Source: Octopus vulgaris (Eukaryota). Taken from it: a stretch of DNA of 64,000 nucleotides. The DNA lies in the NCBI GenBank assembly GCA_951406725.2, contig OX597835.1, positions 29,698,001-29,762,000 of the forward strand, given 5' to 3'. Of the stretch, positions 13,285 to 26,938 are shown one piece after another. Below the pieces are notes generated by a model, which saw only the letters and a program-made list of their open reading frames with translations, made no database searches and was not told where the DNA came from. Both the position numbers and the translations under genes were made by a program. Position 1 is the first letter of the stretch; every line of letters begins with the position of its first letter.

Positions 13285-13591
13285 TAGTTATACGATATAG
13301 TGTATATTTATACACATAAGGAATCCACTTAGCGTGAGAATCAACGCATTAGAGAGAACAGCCAGGTTCTATAAACCACAAAAATAAGGGATAAAATTCG
13401 ACAGGAATAAATTTGGAAATGAAAAACATGTACCATCTAGTATCCCATGTTTTTCATTTCCAAATTTATTCCTGTCGAATTTTATCCCTTATTTTTGTGG
13501 TTTATAGAACTTAGCTGTTCTCTCTAATATGTTGAATCTCACGCTAAGTGGATTCCTTATGTGTATAAATATGCACTATATCGTATAATTA
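13285..13591. repeat. Fold-back inverted repeat, about 146-bp arms, 15-nt spacer, within (TATG)n
   Basis: 13285-13430 is the reverse complement of 13446-13591 with few mismatches. Confidence 0.95.
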
Positions 13592-13819
13592 TGTATGTAT
13601 GTATGTATGTATGTATGTATGTATGTATGTATGTATGTATGTATGTACGTACGTTTTTTTTTGTGGGGATGCAATGTTTGCAGTCATGTATGCTTGTTAA
13701 GAGCAGGGCTTATTAGCTACCATCGAAGCCGCAGATGCAAAATATAAGTTAGTCCTAGATCGCACAATGTTTCTAAAGGTCAGCAATAGTCTTCCTGGGT
13801 CACAAGTGGACGGCCATCA

Positions 13820-13838
13820 TGTATGTATGTATGTATGC

Positions 13839-13871
<33 letters not shown>

Positions 13872-14231
13872 TGTATGTATGTATGTATGTATATATGTAT
13901 GTATGTATGTGTGTATGTATGTATGTGTGTGTGTATGTGTGTGTGTATGTATGTATGTATGTATGTATGTATGTATGTATGTATGTGTGTATGTATGTAT
14001 GTATGTGTGTATGTATGTATGTGTGTGTATGTATGTATGTATGCATGCATGTATGTATGTATGTATGTATGTATGTATGTGTGTATGTGTGTGTGCATGT
14101 ATGTATGTATGTATGTATGTATGTATGTATGTGTGTATGTATGTGTGCATGTATGTATGTATGTATGTATGTATGTATGTATGTATGTATGTGTGTGTGT
14201 ATGTATGTATGTATGTATGTATGTGTATGTA

Positions 14232-14266
<35 letters not shown>

Positions 14267-14528
14267 ATGTATGTATGTGTGTGTGTATGTATGTATGTAT
14301 GTGTGTGTATGTATGTATGTATGCATGTATGTATGTATGTATGTATGTATATATGTATGTGTGTGTGTATGTATGTGTGCATGTATGTATGTGTGCATGT
14401 ATGTATGTATGTATGTATGTATGTATGTATGTGTGTGTATGTATGTGTGCATGTATGTATGTATGTATGTATGTATGTATGTATGTATGTATGTATGTAT
14501 GTATGTATGTGTGTATGTATGTATGTGT
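13820..14528. repeat. (TATG)n/(TG)n compound microsatellite
   Basis: Direct observation, about 700 bp. Confidence 0.95.
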
Positions 14529-15104
14529 GTTGTAGTTTGTCCGTCGATGCGACGAAGACCATCTAGTCATCCTGGGGTGTTGGTGGACTTGTTTTGTGAA
14601 TCCGCAGATGGCTAGGGAGGCGAATCTGCGCCCGAAAGAGTCTTTGACAATGTTGACAGGGAATGGTAGCGCTTGCTACAGGGTTGTTAGCTCTGTTCTT
14701 CCTGGCTTGTCTGCGGTCTTCTGCAGCAGCGATCCTATTGGTCTCGCATATTTTGGCACCCTTGTGGTCAGCTGATCGCCAGTCTTCTCTGTCCAGAGCA
14801 GACTGCTCCCAAGTGTCATGGTCGATGTTGAAGGCTTTCAGTGAGGTTTTTAGTGTGTCCTTAAAGTGCTTCTTCTGACCGCCTTGTGAGCGCTTTTCCT
14901 TTTGCAGCTCGCCAAAGAGCAATCTTTTTGGTAATCGATCGTCTGACATGCGATCTGCTACGTGCCCTGCCCAGCAAAGATGAGACTGCATCAAGATGGT
15001 ATGGATGCTGGGTAAGTTAGTACGTATTAGTACCTCGGTGTCCGGAATCCTGTCCTGCCACTATATGCCGAGAAGTTTTCTGAGGTGTATTGTATGAAAG
15101 TGGT
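14528..15104 (-). mobile_element. RTE-clade LINE 3' fragment
   Basis: HFHTIHLRKLLGI..WQDRIPDTEVL..LPSIHTILMQSHLCWAGHV..RMSDDRLPKRLLFGEL..RSQGGQKKHFKDTLK, C-terminal CxxC..H...H finger, short 3'UTR running into a simple repeat. Confidence 0.9.
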
Positions 15105-15274
15105 ATGTATGTATATACGTATATATGTATGTATGTGTATGTGTATTGCTGGGAAAAATGGAGAGGGCATTGCTGGCTGCTATTTTTGCATGGCTGGAGA
15201 AAAGGATATAGAGCTGGCATATACATACATATATATATATACGATTGATTTCTTTAAGTTTCTGTCTACGAAAT

Positions 15275-15347
<73 letters not shown>

Positions 15348-15464
15348 TTATGTATGTATGCATGTATGTATGTATGTATGTATGTATGTACACACATACA
15401 AAGATAAATTGTGTGGGCAAACAAAAATATGAGATACTGCCTAGTGGGTTTTTTTAATTTTGAT

Positions 15465-15771
15465 AAGCCTGGTACTTATTCTATCAGTTTCTTCTTGTGA
15501 AACCAGTAAGTTATGGGGATGTAAATAAACGAATACCAGATGTGAGGCAGTGATGAGGGAGAAACACAAAGACACACACAGACTTACATATATACATGCA
15601 TATATATACGATTGATTTCTTTCAGATCCTGTCTACAAAATCCACTGACAAGGCTTTGGTTTGTCTGAGGCTATAGCAGAAGTCACATGCCAAGTCACCA
15701 CACAGTGGGACTGAACCTAGGACCATGTGTTTTGGAACCAAGTTTGTTACCACACAGCCACACCTGCACCT
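15465..15771 (-). mobile_element. SINE family B, diverged
   Basis: Homology to family B. Confidence 0.75.
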
Positions 15772-15971
15772 ATGTATGTGTGTGTGTATGTGTGTATGGG
15801 TGTATATATGTATGCACGTATATATGTGAATATGTATGTGTACATATTACATGTACATCTATATATATATACATCTACACATATACATGTATACATATAC
15901 ATCTATGTGTATAGAAATAAATGTATACATATACACCTATACACACACACACACACACACTCACACACACT

Positions 15972-16005
<34 letters not shown>

Positions 16006-16055
16006 TAGGTGCAGGCGTGGCTCTGTGGTAACAAACTTCGTTCCAAAACGCATGG

Positions 16056-16480
16056 TGCTGGGTTTAAATTTAAATTTAAAATAGTAAGGGTGAGAAATTG
16101 AATATTAATTTGATTAATATGAATTGAAAACCAGAGGCGTAGCATATAAGACCATAGCGGATCTTCTTCTAGCAAAATGGATGTCCACTGTTAATGATTC
16201 ATCCCTCTTATATAATAGTTTGACTTTAATAGTTTCCGTGTTAAAGTGAAAGTACATTACAATAGAGAGATGTTTTTGTTTCACTTTTAACACGTAATAC
16301 TGAAATAGTGGAGAAGATATGATATTGCTGTGGGCTCGCCCTAGGCAAGAAGTTGAACATTTTTTTCCCCATGAAACTACATGGACCCTCAGTAAGGCAT
16401 GTGTAAAATTTGATTGGAATTGGTTGTGTAGTTCTTAAGTTTTAGGGATTCGCACAGACACACATTCTCAGTTTTACATA
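16056..16480 (+). mobile_element. Possible non-autonomous Helitron/Helentron-like relic
   Basis: 3' end TGTAAAATTTGATTGGAATTGGTTGTGTAGTT..ACAGACACACATTCTCAGTTTTA resembles HINE/Lep1-type ends; interrupts a SINE B head. Confidence 0.35.
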
Positions 16481-16491
16481 CATACATACCG

Positions 16492-16558
<67 letters not shown>

Positions 16559-16572
16559 GATCTATCTATCCG

Positions 16573-16657
<85 letters not shown>

Positions 16658-16877
16658 AAATATATATTACATTCTCTCTTTCCCTGTCTCTCCCTGTCTC
16701 TCTCTCTCTCTCTCCCTCTCTCTCTCCTTTCCTCTTCCTCTCTCTCTCCCTCTCTCTCTCTCCCTCCCTCTCTCTCCCTCCCTCTCTCTCCACTCTCTCC
16801 CTCTCTCTCCCTCTCTCTCTCCCTCTCTCTCTCCCTCTCTCTCTCCCTCTCTCTCTCCCTCCCTCTCTCTCTCTCTC

Positions 16878-17088
16878 TAAGTACCTTCCTATAGCCACAT
16901 CAGTTTCCCTCTCTCCCCCTCTCTCTCTCCCTCTCTCTATAAGTACCTTTCTATAGCCACCTCACTCTCCTTCTCTCCTGTCTCTCCCTCTCTCTCTCTC
17001 CCTCTCCCTCTCTCTGCCCTCTCTTTCCCCCTCTCTGACTTTCTCTCTCTCTCCCTCTCCCTAAGTACCTTCCTATAGCCACATCAGT
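16878..17088. repeat. Three copies of AAGTACCTT(C/T)CTATAGCCAC separated by (CT)n
   Basis: Copies at about 16879, 16941 and 17064. Confidence 0.85.
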
Positions 17089-17382
17089 CACCGTCCCACG
17101 CTCCTGACGCTATCGACCATCACTCAATCGCTCCCACATTGCTTCCCGCGCTTTCTCGCACACCTCCCGTTCACTCCTACATACATCTATGTAAGTACAG
17201 GCTTGCACAACACACACACACACGCACACGCACACACACACAAGCACACACAAATACACACACACACACACACACAACCACTGTCATACATCCATACAGC
17301 CAACATAGACAATCACACATGGACACTTACACACACACACGTATTCGAATATATAGATATATATACAAATATGCACACACAT

Positions 17383-17427
<45 letters not shown>

Positions 17428-17680
17428 TATATAAATATACACCTACATACATACATACATACATACATACATACATACATACATACATACATACATACAT
17501 ACATGCATACATGCATACATATATTGTTCAATCTCCAAGAGTGACTCCTTGCTGGCATTATTCCAAGATTGTGGGAGCTTAGCAATAAATGTGCACACAT
17601 ACTATATATATATATACACACATATACACACATATATACATACACATATATATATATACATATATATATGTGTATGTATA

Positions 17681-17865
<185 letters not shown>

Positions 17866-18145
17866 ACACTCATACACAATCGTTGTATGCTATTACCTCA
17901 ACCATCCTCATTAATCCTCCAATTACACCGGTACCGTCTCTCCAAGCTGCTTACATCACTGCTTGTCTTTTTGACGTCACAGGGAATGCGTGTATATTCG
18001 CCTTTGGAAATGTGTGCGTATATGTGTATGTGTACGTTTGTGTGTGTGTTTGTGAGTGTGTGTGTATGTATATATACATGCATGCATATATATCATATAT
18101 ACATATATATCATATATACATATATATAATATATAAAATACATAC

Positions 18146-18226
<81 letters not shown>

Positions 18227-18227
<1 letters not shown>

Positions 18228-19554
18228 CACAGCTCCTGCAACACTATGACTGGGTGTTAAAACAGCTACTAAATGGCTCAAATGTGGATGTAATATATCT
18301 CGACTTTGCAAAAGCCTTTGATAAAGTCGACCATGGTATGATCTGTCACAAACTGCGTTGTCTCGGCATAGGCGGAAAACTTGGAGAGTGGCTGCACAAC
18401 TTCCTAAAAGACAGAAGACAGGCAGTTGTGAGCAATGGAGCCACCTCCAAGGAAACACAAATAACAAGCGGTGTTCCACAGGGCACTGTCTTGGGGCCAC
18501 TGCTGTTCATAGTGGCCCTTTCGGACATGCCTTCAGTTGCTACGATGGCCACCCTTGCTAGCTATGCAGATGACACAAAAGTCTTCCACACAATACAAAA
18601 CCCTGAAAATATTGCGCATCTGCAACAGGAGTTGGATAAAATATACAGGTGGGCGGAGGACAACAAGATGCAGTTTAATGCAGGTAAGTTCCAGGCCCTG
18701 CGCTACTGGCACACAAAGGTAAACGACGTGCAGACTGGATACACTGGCCCGGGAAGAATTGCAATCCCTGAGTCAAAATCAGTGCGTTACCTAGGCATTG
18801 ACATGAGCAATGATGCATCTTTCCAAGTGCATATTACTAATCTGGTGATAAAATGCAGACGGCTAGCTGGATGGATTCTCCGAACTTTCAGAACAAGAGA
18901 GAAGGAGACACTGATGGTCCTCTGGAAAACATTCGTCCTCAGCCGCTTGGACTACTGCTCCCAACTATGGTCACCACACAATATAAAACTAACAGCAGAA
19001 CTCGAAGCAATTCAGAGAAGCTACACAAAGAAAATCGTCTCAATGCAAAATATCAGCTACTGGGAAAGACTGAAAGTATTAAACTTCTTCTCCCTAGAGC
19101 GGAGGCGGGAGAGATATGCGGTGATATACATCTGGAAAATCCTGGAGGGTCTCGTCCCAAACTTTAGCATTCAAAGTTACCCCAACCGCAGAACGGGGTG
19201 CCACTGCATGGTGCCAAAGATTCCGACATCACCATCAAAATACAGGTCCAGAGAATGCAACAGCCTGGGTTTCAGAGGACCACAGCTCTTTAACATCCTC
19301 CCTAAATGCCTAAGAGACTTACATGATGTGGATGTGGGTTTCTTTAAAACTAAATTGGATCTCTTCTTGTCGGGAGTCCCAGATGAACCTACCTCACGAC
19401 AGGAGACGCAGATGCGGGCAGCAGCATCGAACTCCCTTGTTGATCAAGTGCCACGTATCAGAGGTGGATTCACATATTAGTGTAGCTCATTCAGCGGTGG
19501 TGCCCCAGCATGGCCGCGGCCTTTGGGCTAAAACATTTTTAAGGATTTAAGGAT
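18227..19554 (+). mobile_element. 5'-truncated CR1-group LINE (RT domain to 3' end) in (TA)n
   Basis: Uninterrupted frame to the stop at 19480: YLDFAKAFDKVDH, SGVPQGTVLGPLLF, YADDTK, SRLDYCSQLWSP, SLERRRER; 3' tail (TTTAAGGA)2. Confidence 0.92.
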
Positions 19555-19720
19555 ATATATATATGTCAAAATAAGGATGAAATGTCCTTCCCGAGTTATT
19601 GGCTCAAAAGAGCCAGTTTCCCAGATTCTGTAGGTTGTATACTGCCCACCCAATGGACGCGCACCCGCATGCACTCACCCATACACACACTACATTATAT
19701 TCTTATTACATTTATTCTTA

Positions 19721-19945
19721 AGGCGGCGAACTGGCAGAATCGTTAGCACGCCGGACAAAAGACTTAGCGGCATTTCGTCCGTCTTTACGTTCTGAGTTCA
19801 AATTCCACCGATGTCGACTTTGCCGTTCATCCTTTCGAGGTCGATAAAATTAAGTACCAGTGAAGAAGTACAAGGGTCGGTGTTGTCGACTAGCCGTCTC
19901 CCTCTCAAAATTTCAGGTCTTCTACTTATAATGGAAATAATTATT
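19721..19945 (+). mobile_element. SINE family A
   Basis: Homology to family A. Confidence 0.85.
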
Positions 19946-20264
19946 ATAGTTCTACCCACTCGCCCCATATGTTGATGCTACCTTTTCCGGAACCAAAAAT
20001 ATTGATAGGTGGAGAGATTTTATATCCAATCCACTTCTCCCTTAATTCCCCCCGGAGAGGACGATATCGCTTCTTAGAGTATTTTTACCGTAGAAGTAAT
20101 TGCACACAATTCTAAAACCCATTGAATCCTGTATTACACAGAGAGAATAAGTAGAAAGCGCAATTTTAAAATTTTGTATACAAGTGTATGTGTGTGTGTG
20201 TGTGTAAATATACATACGTAAATGTGTGCACATATGTGTATACGTGTCCGTATACACACACATA

Positions 20265-20338
<74 letters not shown>

Positions 20339-20341
<3 letters not shown>

Positions 20342-22297
20342 AATAGTAAAAAGTGAAAAAACTACAGAAGGCTTAGAGGTTAAAAAATATATATATTTGC
20401 GTCAATGTGTCTGAAGAATATAAAATTTTTTTTTCCTTACAATGACATAATTTAGAAGAAAGACCGGTTTCGCGTTTAGCTTTTCAAATTTCTTACGACG
20501 TTATGTTTATGTTGAATAGAGTAATCGTTATGTTTATGTTTAAAAGAGTTCTAAATAAGGGGAGGTAATGAGTGATTTCTTCCGGTGTAAGGGAGATAAT
20601 CGCTTAAACTTTTTTCCTTTCCCTTGGTGTGAATTTCTCTGTATCAGTATCTTGGCATGGTTAAGTCTGGGCTTGTACTTTTCAATGAAGAATGTTTCCT
20701 TGTTTAGTCTAATTTGTGTTGATGATCCGATAGCACATTGGTAAAATGGAAAGATTAAAAATTGTGGTAGTAGTTGCTTTGCGCATTTCTCAATGTGCTC
20801 ACTAAAAGGTATCATTCTGTATTCTGGGAATGCAATCTGTTGTCGATGCAGTGTGCATCTACGTCTGAGTGATAGTCCCATGGATCCCACGTAGTCTTGG
20901 TGGCAGCCCGAGCATTTTATGACATAAATTATGTTTTCAGAGGCACAAGTAAAATTAGATTTGATCTTGAATTTCTGTTCCTCTTTGAAGAGGAACTCTG
21001 ATCCTTCTAGCAGGTTTGGACATGTTGCACAGTTCGGTCTACCACATTTTTTTACTTTTGCATCCGTAATTTCAGAAAACAATTTTGCCTTTGTGAGAAT
21101 CTTTTTAAGTGATTTAGGTTGTTTGTAGCTTTTAATGATTTGGTGTATGTTTAGAATTTCCTTTAATTTGGGGTCCTTATGAAGTATTGGTAAATTCTGG
21201 GTGATGATGGTGAAGGCTTCTTTGTTTCTGGGGTTGTATGTGGATATGTAAGGTAGTATTTTCGGGGAAGGTGTGTTGTTGTGTTGAACTTTTCTTAAAG
21301 TTTCTATGTTGATTTCTGTTGCACGTCTGATCCCATCCTCTATGAGTTGAGCTGGGTAATGTCTGTCAATTAGGGTGTTTTTGAGTTCTTGCAGTCTAAA
21401 GTTCCTGGTATTTTGTTCTGACACTATTGTGCATATCCTTCTTGCAAGGTTGAAGGGGATGTTTGTTTTAGAGTGTCTTGGGTGGCAAGAATTAAAAAGA
21501 AGGTATTGTTTGGCATCTGTGGCTTTGTAAAAAATGTCTGTTTTATTTTAAGGCTAATTTTTTTAATTAGTATATCCAAGAATGGAAGCTCCTTTTGGTT
21601 GTATTCCATTGTGAACTGTATATTTGGGTTTATGCTGTTCAATAGGTTTTTAAATTTTAGGAGTTTATCTGTGTTTTCATTCCAGAGTATAAAACAATCG
21701 TCCAGGAATTGTTTCCAATTCTCTTTTATGTATTGAGAGAGGGGGTTTCCAAAGATTGATAAAGATTCCTGGTAAATGATTATTTCCATGTAGCCCATTG
21801 TTAAGTTCGCAATGACTGGTGCTGCCCTTGTACCCATAGCAATTCCGGATTTTTGACGGTAAAATGTATTGTCAAACATGAAGTGGTTATTATGTAGGAT
21901 GAATTCAATTGATTAATAATGAATTCTTTACTGATCCTTTTTGGTATTTCTTCCGGAAATTGGTCCAGCCAGAACTGTATTGCCTCTAGTCCATAATTAT
22001 GAGGTATACTGGTATATAAGTTAACTACATCAAATGAAACCAGGATTGTTTCTTCCTTGGCTTTTTTTGGAAGGTGGTTTAACATATCTAAGTCATCTCT
22101 GATATGGCTATCGATATGTTTGAGGAAGGGTTTCAGGAGGATGTCCATAAATAGACTTAGTCTGTGTGTTTCACAGGTTGGGCCAGCTACAATGTGTCTT
22201 AGTTTTAGGTCCCCTGGGTTAGGTGTGTGTATGTATGTCTTTGGTGATTTTTTAATGGCTTCATTTATAATTTGGCTTTTATGAATTTTTGGCAGGA
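20339..22297 (-). mobile_element. Penelope-like element (RT + GIY-YIG), 5'-truncated, frameshifted, flanked by (TA)n on both sides
   Basis: LPKIHK, LVSFDVVNLYTSIP, GIAMGTRAAPVIANL, FLDDCF, LPFLDI, CGRPNCATC linker, NIIYVIKC..C..DYVGS; split over ORFs 21801-22148, 21424-21879 and 20540-21424. Confidence 0.93.
20455..20494 (-). ncRNA. Degenerate hammerhead-like motif in the PLE 3' region
   Basis: AAGAAA-T-TTGAAAA-GC(TAAAC)GC-GAAAC-CG-GTC-TTTCTT: 6-bp stem I, palindromic ACCGGT, core two transitions from CTGAAGA. Confidence 0.5.
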
Positions 22298-22323
22298 TAT
22301 ATATATATATATATATATATATA

Positions 22324-22557
22324 TCCTTTTTTTTCTCTCCTTGTTTTTTCTGTGACCCTTTCTGTAGAAGAGCGTAGGCTCGAAACGTAAAAGACTTTTT
22401 CTATTCCTGAGCGTTATACTAATACATCTGTTTGTTCTTTAATGGTTTCATTTATAATTTGGCTTTTATGAATTTTTGGCAGGATATATATATATATATA
22501 TACTAATACATCTGTTTGTTTTGTACACCACCCGTCTTCGTCTTTTGTATTTTTCGT

Positions 22558-22562
<5 letters not shown>
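22324..22562 (+). mobile_element. Family C-related element abutting the PLE 5' end, interrupted by a duplicated PLE piece
   Basis: Hammerhead-like motif at 22358-22393 and TTCCTGAGCG..TAATAC shared with other family C copies. Confidence 0.7.
22358..22393 (+). ncRNA. Minimal hammerhead-like motif
   Basis: CTTT-CTGTAGA-A-GAGC(GTAG)GCTC-GAAA-CG-TA-AAAG. Confidence 0.55.
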
Positions 22563-22629
<67 letters not shown>

Positions 22630-22832
22630 TATGTATGTATTTATGTATGTATGTATGTAACTATATACACACATATATATGCATATATGTGTATATAGAG
22701 TTACATATATATATATATATTTATGCTTGTATATGTATATATATATATATATATCCAGGTACATATAATTTACATACATACATACGTTTATCTGGGACAG
22801 GCGTATTTCACTACCGATCCTATTTCCTAATA

Positions 22833-23217
22833 CAGTAGGAACCTCGCAGTACGAGTGCCCCATTTTACGAGCGATTTGTAATAGGAACCGACTCTTGCAA
22901 ATTTTTAACTTGAAGTACGAGAGAAAATCCGCAGCACGAGCACAGGAATCGTCCCATCTTTAATGTAATTCACTTCATACAACCAGTTTACATATTTCTT
23001 TCACATTCTCATTTTTATAATTGTCTTTTTACTTGTAACTACATCTTTTCTGTTTTAAAGCCCATAAAAAAATATTTTTGAGTGGTTTTGGGGTCCTGGA
23101 ACGGATTAATTATATTTTAGTGAATTTCAATGAGGAAAAATTGACTTGTAAAACGAGTAACTCGTGAAACGAGCTTCATCGTGGAACGAATTAAACTCGT
23201 ACTGCGAAGCGTCACTG
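22833..23217. mobile_element. Tigger/pogo-like MITE
   Basis: TA|CAGTAGGAACCTCGCAGTACGAGT ... ACTCGTACTGCGAAGCGTCACTG|TA. Confidence 0.75.
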
Positions 23218-23810
23218 TATTAACAACAATTTGAGACTTATTTTCACGGGAGATAACTTATAACAAATTATATGGAAGTTACTTCCCTTACAAAAGATAT
23301 CTCCATTCTCCATTTTCGTAGTTATTTTATTTATATTTATATATTCGAATACCCTCAATCAAATGGATGCATATCCCAGCATTCTATCGTCATCTTACGT
23401 CATTGTAATATAGTTCTCTGATGCATATCGAGAGAATTTTATGCTCTGGCTTCTTGCACTCACGTTTCAAATTGTACTAATGTCCACTTCTCATTCCTGC
23501 TGTTCGATAACGCGTTGGTTCGTTTCCCTCGCGTTCTAACATATACTTTCGTCGTAGATTTATATGCCCCAATATTACACACTTCTCTATAAACAATATA
23601 TACTTATAGTTATATTAACAAAATTTTGACTCGTTATCGTTTCTGAACTTACGCAGAATACGCATTTACGTACACACACACACAAACGCACACACACACA
23701 CACACGTACGTACGTATGTAAGTACGCACTACGTACGTACGTACGTACGTATGTATGTATGTATGTATGTATGTATTATGTATGTATGTATGCATGTGTG
23801 TGTGTATGTA

Positions 23811-24349
23811 TCAAAGTGCATGAAATCAAAGTGACTCTGGGATAAAATATACGAAGCCCAGTATACCCATCATGACTACCCGTCTGATAAGGGTACACCA
23901 GGTACATGCATCACAACCATATGTGCGCGACATGGTGATCTCGTAACAAGATGAACAGCGCATGACCTTGCAGAGGAAAACCTGTCAGAATTTTCTTCAG
24001 GTCGAGTAGACTATCCCGCTCAAAAGGTCCCTGAATAAGGGTTGTTTAAGGATGATGAACGAAACACCCATGTTTCCAGAGGTGAATTATTCAAACTCCA
24101 AAGAATCCTTCTCAACACATGGCTATTATGCTCCTCCACTACTTCTGCTCGTGATCAGAGATGCACATATCATCAGCCACTAAGGGACAGGCTCGACTGG
24201 TTAAGGTCAAACAACTGACAAGCAAATCTGTGGTATGGAGCAGAATATTTGCTTTAGCCCATCTTTTATACCAAGACAAAACAATGAACGTGATAACGAC
24301 TTCCTCTCAATTAAGATCAGAAGTAATGAGAGCCACTGCCTGGTACTGC
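23811..24349. mobile_element. Unclassified interspersed repeat within (TATG)n; partial second copy at 27745-28025
   Basis: About 280 bp near-identical between the two loci. Confidence 0.75.
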
Positions 24350-24380
<31 letters not shown>

Positions 24381-24478
24381 TGTATGTATGTATGTATGTA
24401 TGTATGTATGTATGTATGTATGTATGTAGGTAGGTAGGTAGGTAGGTAGGTAGGTATGTAGGTATGTAATTATGAAGC

Positions 24479-24511
<33 letters not shown>

Positions 24512-24545
24512 GTAGGTAGGTAGGTAGACAGATAGATAGACAGAC

Positions 24546-24678
<133 letters not shown>

Positions 24679-24679
24679 C

Positions 24680-24985
24680 GAGGCACCTTGCGACCGTGTC
24701 TTCTACAAAATGCTCTAGGACGAACAAGGCTTTATGATTTGGTAGAGGGAAACTAAAAGAAGCCCTTAGAGTGTGTGTTTGTGCTTGTTCTCCTGAACCG
24801 CTTGATAACATACCATTTGTTTACATACCCGTAACTTAGCGGTTCGACAAAAAATGATAGAATAAGTACTAGGCTTCAAAAAAAAAGGAAAAAAAGAAAA
24901 CAAGAGCTGGGGTCGACTTGTTCGATTAAAGAATTCGAATCGTTGCTCCAGTATGGCCGCAGTCCAGTGACTTAACAAGTAAAGT
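24680..24985 (+). mobile_element. SINE family B, diverged and 5'-truncated
   Basis: Homology to family B. Confidence 0.75.
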
Positions 24986-25021
24986 GTAAATGATAAAATA
25001 TAATAATAATAAAAGATGAAA

Positions 25022-25072
<51 letters not shown>

Positions 25073-25332
25073 AAGAATGAATGAAATTCAAAACGAAATT
25101 GATTCCTCGCTCGAGATCGACATGATTGCAAAACGGAAAAGAAAAAAGGGGGAGATACGTAAAACTAGAAACTTATGAAAAGCTTAGCGTTTAGTAATAA
25201 GTGACCGGCACCTGTTGTTTGTCCCATTCGTTCGCTAATTGTTTTAGGAGCCTGTGTTGGGGAGATGGGACATAGATATCTTCTTTGTTCAATCACCATT
25301 TTCCCATCGGAATATCCAAGGTGCAGCACCTG

Positions 25333-25400
<68 letters not shown>

Positions 25401-25854
25401 AGGGAGAGAGAGAGAGGGAGAGAGAGAGAGAGAGAGAGGGGGAGCGCAAGCCTGGGGGCTGCACTTGTGGTCGGCTTGTACTCATTCTCCGCTAAGCAGG
25501 TTTAAGTAATATGAAATGATGTGCCTTGTTCAAGGACACAACCCGCCCTCCCGATCCCAGAATCAAACCCATGAGACAATACCCTAATCACTAGACCACG
25601 TGCCTTCACGTAACAAGCAAAGAAGTATCAGAAATTGAAGAATATTTAATAGAAAAGTTAAAATCCGCAAAGAATCCGTCGCTATGAAAAGGGACAACGT
25701 TTCCTTTTGGACAAAACAAACAGCTCAACACGAACCCACTACGTTTTAAGAACTGCGTAAAAATATAATAGCAGGAGATCTTCTATCTTTCACTTGCTTC
25801 AGTCACTAGACTGCGGACACGCTGGGACACATTAAATACTATATCAAATTTCCC

Positions 25855-25897
<43 letters not shown>

Positions 25898-25900
<3 letters not shown>

Positions 25901-26289
25901 CGCCGGAGTGGCTGTGTGGTAAGCAGCTTGCTAACCAACCACATGGTTCTGGGTTCAGTCCCACTGCGCGGTACCTTGGGCAAGTGTCTTCTGCTCTAGC
26001 CCCGGGCCGACCAAAGCCTTGTGAGTGGATTTGGTAGACGGAAACTGAAAGAAGCCTGTCGTATATATGTATATATATATAAGTGTGTGTGTATATGTTT
26101 GTGTGTCTGTGTTTGTCCTCCTAGCATTGCTTGACAACTGCTGGTGTGTTTACGTCCCCGTAACTTAGCGGTTCGGCAAAAGAGACCGATAGAATAAGTA
26201 CTGGGCTTACAAAGAATAAGTCCCGGGGTCGATTTGCTCGACTAAAGGCGGTGCTCCAGCATGGTCGCAGTCAAATGACTGAAACAAGT

Positions 26290-26293
<4 letters not shown>
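25898..26293 (+). mobile_element. SINE family B, full length
   Basis: Matches family B. Confidence 0.9.
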
Positions 26294-26325
<32 letters not shown>

Positions 26326-26560
26326 CAAAATAAGAAAATGGAGAAACACATCCTAATCAATGATCAACTACTAGATAATACCCAATCACATAATTTATTA
26401 AACCACTACATATGAACATTAAGGTCAAACATAATAATATAGAATAAAACAATGTACATGAACGAGTAATATGATACAATAAGTACAGTGTGTATAATTG
26501 AATATATATATATTTATATACATATATATAAATTAGAAAAAAAACACCTTTTATCAATTC

Positions 26561-26812
26561 AAAATGCACAATTAAATTACACCATCTAGAAAATCATATA
26601 TAATAGAATTATCAAAATTAAAATAACAATAATATACCGATGATTAAGTAAATTGCAAAAAAATAATAAAAGCGTATATGTTTGGTATATATATTTGGTA
26701 TGTATACGTTTTTATCATTTTTTTGCAATTTACTTAAACATCGGTATATTATTATTTTTATTTTAATATTTCTATTATATGTAATTTTCTAGATGGGGTA
26801 ATTTAATTGTTC

Positions 26813-26817
<5 letters not shown>
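26561..26817. repeat. Imperfect fold-back inverted repeat in a (TA)n-flanked insert (26322-26819)
   Basis: 26561-26678 versus the reverse complement of 26703-26817. Confidence 0.9.
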
Positions 26818-26880
<63 letters not shown>

Positions 26881-26889
26881 CATATATAT

Positions 26890-26938
<49 letters not shown>

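Noticed and set aside
18152-18226. N-terminal part of the 442-aa ORF as a real start for the RT
   Set aside because: The ATG and YI run come from the flanking (TA)n; the LINE is 5'-truncated.
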